DNA of 64,000 bases from NCBI RefSeq assembly GCF_001194135.2, contig NC_069000.1, positions 872,094-936,093 on the forward strand, written 5' to 3'. The translations under genes and the position numbers were made by a program. A model generated the notes under the pieces. It did no database searches. It was given only the letters and a program-made list of their open reading frames with translations, and had not been told where the DNA came from. Source of the DNA: Octopus bimaculoides (lineage: Eukaryota). This document shows positions 25,598 to 37,936 of the stretch, in pieces; position 1 is the first letter of the stretch; every line of letters starts with the position of its first letter.

Positions 25598-26218
25598 ATG
25601 TCTTCTTTCAAGGAGAAACTTTTAAACTGTCGGCCATTTATAGTTAACAACTTGGTTTCCATTGAAGACGTGATAGATACTTTAATTTCTGATGGTGTCC
25701 TCACAACCTCAGTTAATGAGGACATAAAAACCTGCCAGAATGACAGTAATAAAATACGCAAACTACTTGATTTTCTTGTCAGAAAAGGTAGTTCAGAATT
25801 CGATGTGTTCTACTCTGCCTTAAACTCAACGGGTAATGAACACATTGCTCTTAAGTTAGCCTCTGATGAAACTACTTTGAGCAAGAATGAAAATGCTCAG
25901 TCTTTGCAGTTAGTAAGTAAGAAAAAAACTATCATGGACGATAAGGATAAAGACATTTTGAGAAAATTACGAGTTCAGTTTGTGAAAAATATGATAGATG
26001 TGGAAGGTGTTGTTGACATTTTGTTCAGTGAAGATGTTATCAAAGACTCACACAAAAGCTTAATCGTGAGGCATCTGGAACGGTCAAAGCAAATTCGAAA
26101 CCTCCTTGATATTTTACCAAAACGTTTTAACAATAGCATGTCTATTTTCATCAAAGCACTTGAAGAGACTGACAATATAGTTTTAGTTAACAAAATTAAA
26201 GAACTTCGCCACGTTTAA
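25598..26218 (+). CDS. Tandem CARD-CARD-only protein, 206 aa, intronless CDS
   Basis: Uninterrupted ORF with two repeats of about 90 aa with the CARD hydrophobic pattern (R.F+V.N+...V+D.L.S..V+...; K+R.LLD.L..+....F..F..AL) joined by a short linker. An acceptor lies upstream of the ATG, and AATAAA occurs at 26625 and 26658. Confidence 0.85.
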   Translation: MSSFKEKLLNCRPFIVNNLVSIEDVIDTLISDGVLTTSVNEDIKTCQNDSNKIRKLLDFLVRKGSSEFDVFYSALNSTGNEHIALKLASDETTLSKNENAQSLQLVSKKKTIMDDKDKDILRKLRVQFVKNMIDVEGVVDILFSEDVIKDSHKSLIVRHLERSKQIRNLLDILPKRFNNSMSIFIKALEETDNIVLVNKIKELRHV

Positions 26219-26789
26219 AAAGATAACCTGAAAATTATAATGATTCTATATTAAAAACCAGTCCTTTTTTAACTTGTCTGTTTAGCATAAGATATGAAAG
26301 AAGGATATGGGAGTGGAGGGAGATCAGAAATCATTGAGGGTTTGTAACAAAGATGGCCCCAAACCCCAGATTTTGTATCGCTGTGCCTTACTTACACAGG
26401 TGTTCTGTCAAGGAATTTCACTGACTTTGCTGCTAAGGGACAAAAGACAACAATCACTGTGAAAACTGTTACCGTTCCTACTATGAGCAGTCATTGGAAC
26501 CAACCACCAAAGGAATTTTGTAAGAAATATATGTGAACTTCCTCAACTGATATAAATGGAAGACTAATATACTTCAATATGGCTAAATTTTCTTAAAAAC
26601 TGATAGAAATCAAAAGCATATTTCAATAAACATTAATGTTTCCTATCTTTTATTCATAATAAAATTCCAAAAGCATTTTCTTTTATTAATTAATCATCTG
26701 AAAGTTTCCACATTTTGCTTTCTCTCATTTTGCGTGTATGCATATAGACATATTTTGCATTTGGTGTATTTAGTATATTTGATTTTAAG

Positions 26790-27265
26790 CCTTTGACAGG
26801 GTCCTCTGATCCTTTATCTGGTGGTAACTGCAGAAACTAGGGATAGATGAGTGGTTGGTGAGAACTGTACAAGCCATGTACAGGGATGCTGTCAATAAGG
26901 TGAGGGTTGGCAATGAGTACAGCAATGAATTCAGGGTACAAGTAGGTGTTCACCAAGGATCAGTCCTCAGTCTCCTCTTGTTCATCATAGTCTTCCAGGC
27001 AATAACTGAGGAATTTAAGATGGGATGCCCCTGGGAGCTCATCTGTGCTGATTACCTTGTTCTTATAGATGAATCACTACTAGAACTAGAGAAGTTTCAG
27101 GCGTGGAAGCAAGGTCTAGAATCGAAAGACCTTAGAGTTAACCTAGCTAAAACCAAAGTCTTAGTAAGTAAGAGAGCAGTCAAATCACAAATCCCTTCAG
27201 GTAGATGGCCCTTCTCAACCTGTTGGAAGGGCATAAACAGAAATTCCATAAGATGTACTCAGTCG
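26790..27265 (+). mobile_element. Degenerate RTE LINE reverse transcriptase fragment
   Basis: VGVHQGSVLSLLLFIIV...WELICADYLVL...GLESKDLRVNLAKTKVLV; the RT YADD motif is mutated to CADY. Confidence 0.85.
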
Positions 27266-27269
27266 TCAA

Positions 27270-27600
27270 TATTTCATCTCATGTCTTCCTGGGTCTCTCT
27301 TCCACAAGCTCCATCCTCTCTATGCAGTACTTCTGTATGCAGCACATGACCAAACCAGCACAGTCTTGCTCACTGCATCTAATTCCTCTTATGCCCTACT
27401 TTTCCCTCAAGATACCAGTGCTCTCTGGCACATGTACACTTACACTGCACATCCACTGGAACATACCAGTTTCACTCCTCTCTAGCCTTTGTATGCCATC
27501 TACATTCAGGGCCCATGTCTTACTACCATGTAGCGTTGCTGTTCATATACATGCATCATACAATCTTCTTTTTGCTTGGAGAGAGAGACCTTTGGTTGAT
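27270..27600 (-). mobile_element. RTE LINE 3' fragment in opposite orientation, directly abutting the RT fragment
   Basis: The reverse complement resembles the RTE 3' ORF (WFGHV...GRGRPRKT-type region), as at 25131-25370 and 10250-10510. Confidence 0.65.
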
Positions 27601-27699
27601 GCATTTGAGTAAATGGAGAGTTAGTGATGACTGGCAGTTCAGAAGGGAGTGAAGTGCAGCAAAATAGTAATAATAATACAGTTAGGAAAGATGAGAGAA

Positions 27700-28060
27700 A
27701 TGGAGATGCTGCAAGAATGTGTGGGGAGAGTGAGAGATGTATGGTGAAATCAACAGGAAGTTGTTCAGAGGTAAGGAGGAGATAATTTGGGACCTTGGAA
27801 GGGCAATCAATGTAAAATGTGAATGGAGAGGGACAATGTTAAGAATGAAAGATGGAGGTCAAGTGAAGTGTTTCTGGGCAGTGAGAAAGATAATTGGTAT
27901 CACAGAAAAAGATGATGATGAAATATATTGTTCTATCTTCATTTGGTTAGAGCAGTATACTTGTACTACAGGTAGGATGTACAAGGAATTAGTTATATCA
28001 GTGTTAGAGAAATGAAAGGCTGGTGGAAAAGCTTGACAAGCAAATTGGGTGAGAGGAGGC
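27700..28060 (-). mobile_element. Possible highly decayed Penelope-like RT fragment
   Basis: The minus-strand frame LPVVQVYCSNQMKIEQYISSSSFSVIPIIF...SFILNIVPLHSH loosely resembles the RPIVS.C...TE.ISQYLD...DV.SLYT.IPH region of Penelope RTs. It contains stops. Confidence 0.3.
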
Positions 28061-28314
28061 CCCTTTTGCTGAGATGAGCTGCTCTTCTCAAGCATCATAT
28101 ATCACCAGTCATTCCGGTCCTTAGCCATTTCCTCCATGAAGTTCAGTCCTGGAATCAGACTTCACTTCGTTGCCACATGTCTTCTTCACTTTTACCCTCT
28201 TTCACAAACTCCATTCATATTAAGGGATTGGCACTTCTTTATACAGTTGCCCAGATCCATATACATCACAGCCATTCCAACATGACACACCACATCTGAT
28301 TCTTCCTGTCCTTC

Positions 28315-28635
28315 ATCTTTTACTTGTTTCAATCAGTACATTGTGGCCATGCTGGGGCACTGTCTTGAAGAAATTTTTAGTTGAATCAATTGACACCAGT
28401 ACCTTTTTTTAAATCTGGTACTTATTCTATTGATCTCTTTTGCTGAATCACTAAGTTATAGGGACGTAAACTTACTAACGCCGGTTGTCAAGCGGTAGTG
28501 GGGGACTAACACACACATAGGGTTTGTTACAGTTTCTGTCGACCAAATCCACTCACGTGGCTTTAGTCGGCCCGAAGTTATAGTAAGGTGTCACGCAGTG
28601 GTACTGAACCCAGAACCCACGCGGTTTAGAAGCAA
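28315..28635 (-). mobile_element. Near full-length tRNA-headed cephalopod SINE
   Basis: Head ggtaagaggtttgcttc...gggttcagtaccactgcgtgacacc, body cgcttgacaaccggcg...taacttagtgattcagcaaaagag, tail ...gattgaaacaagtaaaaga. Related partial copies lie at 1278-1470, 32235-32400, 34385-34480, 38440-38595, 55470-55610 and 59349-59580. Confidence 0.75.
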
Positions 28636-29339
28636 ACCTCTTACCCTATCCTTTTTCACAATACATTTATACTTCACTGTTGAGGCGAACTGACGTTGCC
28701 CATTTAACACATCCAATGCTGGCTGCATTTCTTTTAGTCAGTTCGTGTCCTCATCTTTCACAGCCCTCGTTTCACTATCACTGAGCCCTGCAGTTTGTAC
28801 ACGAGCATCATATAATCTCAGAAACCTTTTGTAGCCAACAGTGGTAATAACTCTTTGAATATTCTCCAACCTATTCTTATTCCTCTAACGTTAATTAAAT
28901 CACCTAGGTAACAAACCATCTACAACCTCTAGGGAGTCTTTTGAACCATTGAGAAAATTTATTCTCCGTACGTTTTTTTGTGTTTATTGATCCTGCGCAT
29001 TTGCCGCATATAAAGTCTTTTTTCTTTGTTAACTTGATGATTCAATTGTACCCAGAGTTTGTACCGAGTACACAGCATGGAATTTACTCAAACAGTAGTT
29101 TCATATGACACCGTTTCTTTTCTTTTCTTTTTTTTTGCAGTGATAGTTGTCATATAATAGAATTCGTTGCACAGCATTTATAATTTATGAAGTATATGGA
29201 ACGAATAAATGGACAAATATATTTTTTAAAAAATGAAAAAACAAGTAACTCCCCTAATCATGGGAGACTAAAGGAAACTAGATATTTGTTCAGCCGGACC
29301 ATAAATTCCAGCTTGGACATGTATTTCACTGAACACCGG

Positions 29340-29781
29340 TTATTTTTTTTTTTATTTAAATGGCGGTTGCTTTAAAGTTATCTTCATCGCCCATTGATTC
29401 TAATTTTTAAGAAAACGGTACAAATAAACCAACAAAACAAAAAAGGAAAATAACAAACTTGATCGATTTGCCTAATCGCCGCAGAACATATTTCAGACTC
29501 GGTGGTTGTAGACAGGAGACGTTGTTGGCGCGTGTTTGACGGTGTCCGAGGAGAGCGCGACGTCGTTTGAATCACTTGAACGTGTCTCCGCATGTCTCGC
29601 TGCTGGAGAAACAACAGCCAACAGACACCACAATACACCTTTCTCTGCCTCATAAACGCTCGATTTCTTACTTCACTCTGTCTCTCTGTCTTTATGTTTA
29701 TCTATTAAACACCAGCTGACTACTCGTTTGTTGCATTCCTAGACCGATGCTGGCTGCCAACCATTGTCTTATATAGAATCA
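29340..29781 (+). promoter_or_regulatory. CpG-rich promoter and non-coding first exon of CEP152
   Basis: Strong local CpG enrichment, E2F-like TTGGCGCG at 29525-29532, CHR-like TTTGAA at 29566-29571, and a donor gaatcag|GTAAAA at 29781. Confidence 0.5.
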
Positions 29782-31713
29782 GGTAAAATCGCTTATATTA
29801 CTTCCTACTTACAGCCCTGGCTGATGAACATGTTTGACACAATAGTTTTCGGTTGGTGGTGGGGAACAACTTTTAATCTTGTCCCAGCTTGTAATGCAAA
29901 TCAGAACAGAAAAAAGGGGAAAACAAACAAACTTCTTTTACTTTTATTCTCGTTTTTTTTTTTTTCATCTGGTTTCCAAAGTTTGTTCTGATAAAAGAAA
30001 TTAATGTATTTGGCTATTTGATGTCTGGAAAATAACACATTCTTCTTTCATCCACTGGGAGTCTTCTTCTTTCTCTCTTTTTCTTGTAAACCTTTCCTGG
30101 ATTACTTTTATTTCGATATTCTGTGTTGATGGGTTTACAGTCGGATTGGTTTTATAATGGACATGGTACGTAGACGAAACTTACAATTTCTGGTTGTATA
30201 TATTTGAATTGAATTCGATTATATTTATCTTTTCTCATTTTCTCTCAGTAATTCTTGCTCCATAAAATGTTGGCACCAACTATTTCGTTCAAAATAATCA
30301 AATTCAACGACTGTCATTGTTCTTGTTATAAATCGATATTGTTATAACCAGTAACTGCGAACGCGATGTTTGATGTCTCCACGTATTTTTACCTCATTGC
30401 TTTCAAACCAATGTGGATAGTTTCCACGCAATTTTGTTGATTATTCCAACTCCTGATTGAGTGACCCTATGATCAAAGCAGGGTGAGATTTGAGGGATAT
30501 TTTGCTGCTTTTTCTGAGACCCGACATAGCCTTGTCTCTCAAATCACACTACCCTTTAAAACTACGGGACATCGAATAATGTAACTCTAGCTCTTCACTG
30601 TTACTGAAAAGGAGACGAGGTTGTCACGGTTGGAAAGCTTTTGATTATAGATCTATTCAGTCAGGGTTGAGCAGTAACATCAACAAACAACCCATTTGTT
30701 TTCGAGCCAACCAGGGATCCTCTTTGAGGTCGCCTGACCTGCTAGACATAGCAGCTACCTCGACTAATGCCCAAAAGAAGGGTAGAACATAAGGTCTGCT
30801 CCGTCATCAGGATTGACTTGGGAGCTAAACAACTGTTTTACGACTCGGGGTCTGTTATTTGGTCTTTGAGAAAATATTTAAACTGTGTTCGATTCAACTT
30901 CATGGAAATGTAGCAGTTGATCGATTGATTGATTCAAAATCACGTCACCCGAAGGAGCTGTTTCTATATGGTCGGTCGGCCTGTTAGAAAAAGCAGCCAA
31001 ATTATTTTCGACCGTACTCTATCTTCTTAAGAACACAATCTGGGTAACAGTCTTGGCTATATTGTCAGGCAAAAAAAAATAAAACAAAGATGGAATGGTC
31101 ATGACTGGAACACTTGATAAGTCGGGCCGCAAACAACGTAGCATCACCAATACCATCCGGTGAGTTCCTCACAATTTTATCTTTTACTTGCTTCAGTCAT
31201 TAGACTGCGGCCATGCTAGGGCATCGCCTTGAAGAATTTTTGTCGAAGGAATCCACATTCTGTTTAACCCCATACAGGCATGAAAAAGTGGATGTGGACA
31301 TTTGATGATGATGATGGCAGTTATTGTTTAGTTCCAAATGCATTGTGTATCTAGTACTGCATTATTCAATGTCTTCACTTTTTTAAGGCAGCCGAGTGTA
31401 TTTGAATGAGATTTGTGTGTTGTGTATGTATGGAGGAGGGGGTGGGTAGATGTAATACGATATGATTCCCAGGATATGCTGCTAATATTTTTAGCCATTC
31501 AGTTTCTTTGTAATATGATGGAGGTGTCTGCTTTTGGCTGCATCAAATATTGATGATTTGATCAATGGAGGATCGATTTATTAAAGGGTGGTGGACAACT
31601 TATACTCAGATTTAAAGTGAGACAGGTTCCCGTCTTCTCTCTCTCTCTCTCTCTCTCTACATACACACACACGCATATATATGTGTGTGTGCGTGTATAT
31701 CTATCTATCTATC

Positions 31714-31778
<65 letters not shown>

Positions 31779-33099
31779 TATGAACGATAGTGGTGTCAGT
31801 TACACCCAGATGTTTCAGGTAATGCTGAGTAAGTGCTATGGATAGACCACAGTTAAGCTCCAGGTTTGGTAATTATGCGAATAAGGGGTCCAACTTAGGT
31901 CATATATCAGCGTGTGAATATAAGGATTTACTTTTTGTAATGAGATAAAAATCCAAGGCTGTGTAGATATTAGAACATTTATAAATAGGAGGTCTTACAG
32001 CTGTTTCCAGGATATTCATTGGAGACGGTGTGAGAGGACGGTTAAGCAATAGTTAATTTAGATAAGATAGGAAATAGAGAGTGAATTGGAGGAACGAAAA
32101 TAGATGTGAGATATGCAGGGATATTGTATTTGTAAATCCAGTCCTGCATAGGACTGCCATGTTAATACTTTTTAACCCCAGGAAAATATATAAGATCATC
32201 ATACACTATACATACACGTGTGTGTCTTTTATTCCCACTGGCACCACTTGACAACTTAGCAGTTCAACAAAAAGGGACAACAGAATATGTACCAGGCTTC
32301 AAAAATAGATCCTAGAAACAATTTGTTCCACCAAAACCCTTCAAAACGGTGCTCCAGCATGACCACGGTCCAATGACTGAAACATGTAAAAGGTAAAAGA
32401 TGTACATATGTACAGGGGCAAGCAGGGACATGCCCGGGGCACAATTCTGGCCAAGATCCTTTTCTAATTAAGCCATTTCTATGTGAGTTTCCACTCTTTG
32501 GTTGAGGGTGGGGGCACAGTTTTGATGCTTGCCCTCGGCACCATTTACCCTAGCTGTAGAAAATCTGCCTCAACAATCTCCATCTAACTGATGCGAGCAT
32601 AGAAAATGGACGTTAACACGACAATGATGGTGGAGGTGGTGAAGCAGCAGCGGTCCTGGAGAGGTTCTTTTGTTTAATTTGATAGTTTTATTGTTCTGTT
32701 GGTTGTTCAAGTTGCTTCCCCAAAGACGGAGCAGTGGTAGGGTTAGGGTGGGCCAGCTGTTTAGCATCTGGTCAAGCTTAACTCTGAATATCCAAGTAAA
32801 ACATTCGCAGATAACAGAATATTTCGGAAGGAATCGGTCACCCAACACAAGTCTTCAGGTTGGTCTCAGTCCAGTCTCTACGCACCCGCCATCAGCATGC
32901 ATAGTCTTCGTGGTATCCTTGTCCACCCCTTCCTCCGACAGTCAACGTGTTTCCAGCCATGGCCACCTTGCCTTATTTTCAGACAATCCATCCAGGATTA
33001 CATTATCCAATGTGACCATCTTTGTGCTTTTTTTTCTTTATATTTTTTAACAATATGGCTGGGTGTCGTATGAGGGAAATTTGGCTGCTCTATCTAGAG

Positions 33100-33348
33100 G
33101 TTGTGGTGGTACATTATTTACATTTGACAGATATTTGTCCTCATCTTGTTTGTTGTTAACACAACATTTCAGCTGATATACCCTCCAGCCTTCATCAGGT
33201 GTCTTGGGGAAATTTCGAACCTGGGTTCTCATTCCTAAGGTATTTTTCGATGTTGTTGTTGTTGTTATTCAGGTCACAGCCTGGAATCAAACTCAGAATC
33301 TTGGGGTTAGTAGCCTGTGCTCTTAACCACTATGCCATATGCCCGTGA
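33100..33348 (-). mobile_element. tRNA-headed SINE with a Penelope-type 3' end containing a degenerate hammerhead motif
   Basis: Minus strand has an A-box TGGCATAGTGG, a B-box-like GAGTTTGATTCC, then GACAC-CTGATGA-AGGCTG...CAGCT-GAAAT-GTT-GTGTT. Confidence 0.6.
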
Positions 33349-34674
33349 TGTAGAATGAGTAAACCCATAAAGTTAAATAGAAATAGGAAGTATTTTATAA
33401 TCTATGTCCATCAAAGGTTCCCAACCATTTCCCAATTAGGGACCCTCTTCATTCCTATTTTATTCAGGTGAACCCTCATAACCATTCCATGTTTAAAGAA
33501 TCCTTTTATATATTTATAATTAAATATTATTAGGAATTGCATAAAAATAATTATTAGAATATGTTGTGCTTTGTAGGAGTTGATTGTAGATAAATTTTAA
33601 CATGGAAATCTTATATGGGACCCCTAAGGGTCACAAAGACCCTGATTCAGAAGCACTGAAAGAAGAAGAGACCTTCTTCTTTACTCTCTCTCTTTCCATC
33701 ATCCCTTATGCTTTCTCTAACTCTCTCTTTCTCTCTCCTCTAACTTCTTTTCCCTCTTCAGACCCCCTTAACATTCTCTTCCTCTTCTCTCCCCCTTCCC
33801 TGAAAGAATAGAGAGAGATCACACAAGTATTCACCCCAGGTTGCTCCTAATCTGANNNNNNNNNNNNNNNNNNNNNNNNNNNNNNNNNNNNNNNNNNNNN
33901 NNNNNNNNNNNNNNNNNNNNNNNNNNNNNNNNNNNNNNNNNNNNNNNNNNNNNNNNNNNNNNNNNNNNNNNNNNNNNNNNNNNNNNNNNNNNNNNNNNNN
34001 NNNNNNNNNNNNNNNNNNNNNNNNNNCTCATCCTTCATTCCTCTCCCTCACACCTGTTTTCACCAACAATCATCAACATACCCCTCTCCCTACCTCACTT
34101 TTATAAACTTCCCCCTTCTTCCCCCTCCCCCCGCTGTTCCAAATTCCACAACTCCCCTCCCCTCCCACTCTACCTTACTTTGCTACAAGTTTTCACATGA
34201 ACTGGAATATATCTGCCACCTGTCTGTCTTTCATTCCAGAACCACCATTTAATTTAAAGCATACCACCACCACCTCTCTCCTGCACACATAAACACACAC
34301 ACTCCCACTACAGACACATTTTGTCCTGCCTGTTCACCTTGCGAAATGTGTGTGTGTGTGCGTTTGTGTGTGTGGTGCTCACATCCATTCACGCCCAGGC
34401 ATGGCTTTGTAGTTAAGAAGCTCGCTTTGTATTCAAGTGGTTCTGGGTTCAGTCCCACCACATGACACCTTTGGCAAGTATCTTCTACTAAGAGATGCAT
34501 GCATGCACATGTGTTTGTGTGACTACACTTCCCTGGTTTTTGAAGAACTGTAGAATAAAAGATTCCTTCCTTGAAAAACAAGGAATGGTTAGTGACTGGA
34601 AGAAGAACATCTGGCTGTGAAATCCTGTTCCCATCCAATCTATTCTGGCGTAAAGAAACATGTCAAATGAATGA

Positions 34675-34712
<38 letters not shown>

Positions 34713-34902
34713 CTGGTAATTTCGTAGATGTCTGAAATTTTTCTCTTCTTTCTAAACAGAGTTTCAGCCATGCCAACATGCCAGAATCTGTAACCACAAT
34801 GCAACCATTTCCCGTCCAGCTTTGCAGCATCCCTTAAAACCCTGCAAGTCAAATGCTTTAATAGGTTCAAAGACGTTTGTTGGTGGCAGTGTAGGGGCAG
34901 GC

Positions 34903-35025
34903 ATGAACACCACAACGAGCATTAATTTTGATGCAGCGGCCCTTCAGTCGCAGGATGAAGCGGAATACCAGAAGGAGGAGCAGCAACAACAGGAAGAAGT
35001 GAGTTACACCTTGTTTCTTTCCTTA

Positions 35026-35065
<40 letters not shown>

Positions 35066-36857
35066 CTGTCTCTCATCCTTTCTCCCTCTCTCTCAATTTC
35101 TTCTCCTCTCCCCTCTTTCCTTTCTCTCTCCCTCTCTTATGAACCTTATGGTTCATAGTTTCTTTCCCCTTTACTTCACTGGTGTCAGAGGCTGGGGAAA
35201 GGTCATGAACCTTGACTTTTGTTACTTTGACTAAGCCTTAAAAAAAAACAAAAACAATTACATCTTTAAAAAATAAAGACATGGAATAATAATTACAGGT
35301 AAAAAATTAATTATCTGAATGGTCATGGCTAGAATGAAAACGAACCAATGAAGGAGCCTCCATGCTGTTGCTCAATTTGCTAGAAATAGGAGCCAAATTC
35401 CCTTACCATCTTAGAAAAGAAAACAGAGGATAATATATAATGAGAAAAAGACAGGAAGGTCATGGCTGGAATCGTTTTGGTGAAGAGTGGTTTGTTTGTT
35501 AAGACTGACCAACAATAGCATTGTCTGAAAAGTCACAAATGAAGGTTACCTCTATGTGGTTGGTCAAGCTGCTAAAAATAACAGTCAATATGGCTAGACT
35601 CCTTTTGATCTGTGGGCATCTGTTCATTCAGGAACTTCATAGAGAATAACAACAACAACAACAATTTGCTGTAAACTGTTTTATTTGTTTATTTGTTTAT
35701 TTCTGTTTGTTTTATTTTTGCCTTTTTAGCTTCGACAACTTCTGTCGAATGCACTTGATGACATAACTGAGGATGGTTTATCTGTGTCTTCCAATGACGA
35801 TGATGAAGATGATGAGGATGATGGAGGTGGCGAAGCAACAGAACACAGGAGACAAAGTCGGAAAAAACGAAGGTATGCTGCTGTCTTGTGGTGATGGTCA
35901 TGGCGACAGTTTTGTGTGCTTGTGTGTGTTTGCCCCTTTGCTTTGACATCATGGGATAGTTGTAAAAATGGGGCCCTTACCATCAACCAGGCTTTGTTGT
36001 TTGTTTCTAGTCTTTTGTGAAAAACGTGTTTACCTTGCTTAGAAACAGGTGCTCGAGCACAGGTATTTTATGCATGGCCCCAGCACACATGCTTTTTTAC
36101 GTGGAACCAGTATGGGTGCTTTTTTTCTCCTGTGACACCAGCACTGTACATATAGCCACAAGCAAACCTTGCTCGTTTTGGCCCTTGCTCCTTTCATTCA
36201 GCTAAAGGGAGAGAGAGCTTCACCAATACTCGTTTTGGATACATTTCAGCTGAACAGAGTGAAGGCACATGAAATGAAGTAACTTGCTGAAGGACACAAT
36301 GTGTTGCATGGCCTAGGAATTGAAACCATGACTTTATGATAGTGAACTGAACACCCTAACCATTAGGCCATGTGCCTTTTGCATGGAAGAATTAGAGTCA
36401 GGAATGGTCACATGAACATTGTTACTTTATCCACAAGAAGATAAAGATGAATTTTGAGACTGGGTTTGTTCTTCATTGTCTCAGCTGACTCCGTCTTTCT
36501 CTCTCACTCACTCACACACACACACGCGCACAAGAATTCTGTTACTGCTGTGAAATGGTGGGATTGAATATACAAAATATGACAACGACCAGCTTGATGA
36601 GTTTTCCTACCTAATTATGACAAAACCAAACTATGTTTATTCCTGGCACCAAAACTGATCACTTGATTCTCTGCAGGTTGGAACGTGTGCAGCCACAAGT
36701 CAGCTTTGTATGCCTTTTGGCTCATATTGCATGTTGCATATAAACTGCACTACTTACAGTTAATATTTGATCCATTTAATGTGTTTGTTTGTTTGTTTTC
36801 TGAAACTACAAAACCTCACACACACAGAGTAAACAACATCTGACTTTGATTTCTGTT

Positions 36858-36894
<37 letters not shown>

Positions 36895-37905
36895 TCATGA
36901 CATGCAACGTCTCACCTGCTTCAATACCGAACTCTTTTAAACCCAACACGTTCTCCTCTGGGACTCTCATCATTCCATCAATGTAAATGACTTACCCCTC
37001 CCACCAAATTACTAGCCTTATGCCAGAATATGAAACCATTATCATTGCCTTCACCTTAGTGAGGGTGGGGGTATTGTTTTTAGTCACGTTTGTTTGTCTG
37101 TCCATGGACAAGACATCTCAAGAACCACTGGATGGATTCAGATGAAACTTTCAGGAATGTTTAGCCTCATGACTGGCATGAACTGATTAGATTTTGGAAT
37201 TGATCCGGTACCAGACAAGGATTCTGGATTATTTTTCCTGTTCTTTTACTTAATTTTTGAGAGTAGTCGGGTTCATTTTTGTATTCTTATTTGTGAGAGC
37301 AGTCGAAGTTTATTTCAGATATTCTCATTTAAAAAAAATCATCTCCAGCTAATCATTGAAAGGACGTTGGTGTTGCCTTGGCAGAGGTTTGCACTCTCTG
37401 AGTGCTCTTATCATTATTATTATTATTATTATTATTGTTACTACTTTTGTGTATTTTTCTAAATGTTTGATTATTTTAATTAATTATTTATTTCTTCGTT
37501 TAAATTCCAATATTTTCATCTAGCTTGAATGGCAGCTTTGAACACCGTAACTCAATGCTTTCGTCTCATACGTTTCCTGGAGCCAGGACGAAATTACCAG
37601 ATGCTTGCAGCCAACAACACACTGAAACCATGACCATTCCACTTGGAAGCAGTGGTCAGATGCCTGTTGACCAGCATTGTCGACAGCGGCCAGAAGTGTC
37701 CTCCCAACAAACCCCATCTATGTACTACCCCCAGTTCCACTACCTTTACTCAATTGCCACCGATAAAGACACTCCAATAATGACAGCCACTTCAAACAAC
37801 TATGAGCAGCAGCAGCAACAACCAACGCATCCAATGTTCCACCAGGCACACCAGCATCACTTTGGGTTGATCCCTACTTCATCAGTGGCACACGAGGCTG
37901 CTTGC

Positions 37906-37936
<31 letters not shown>

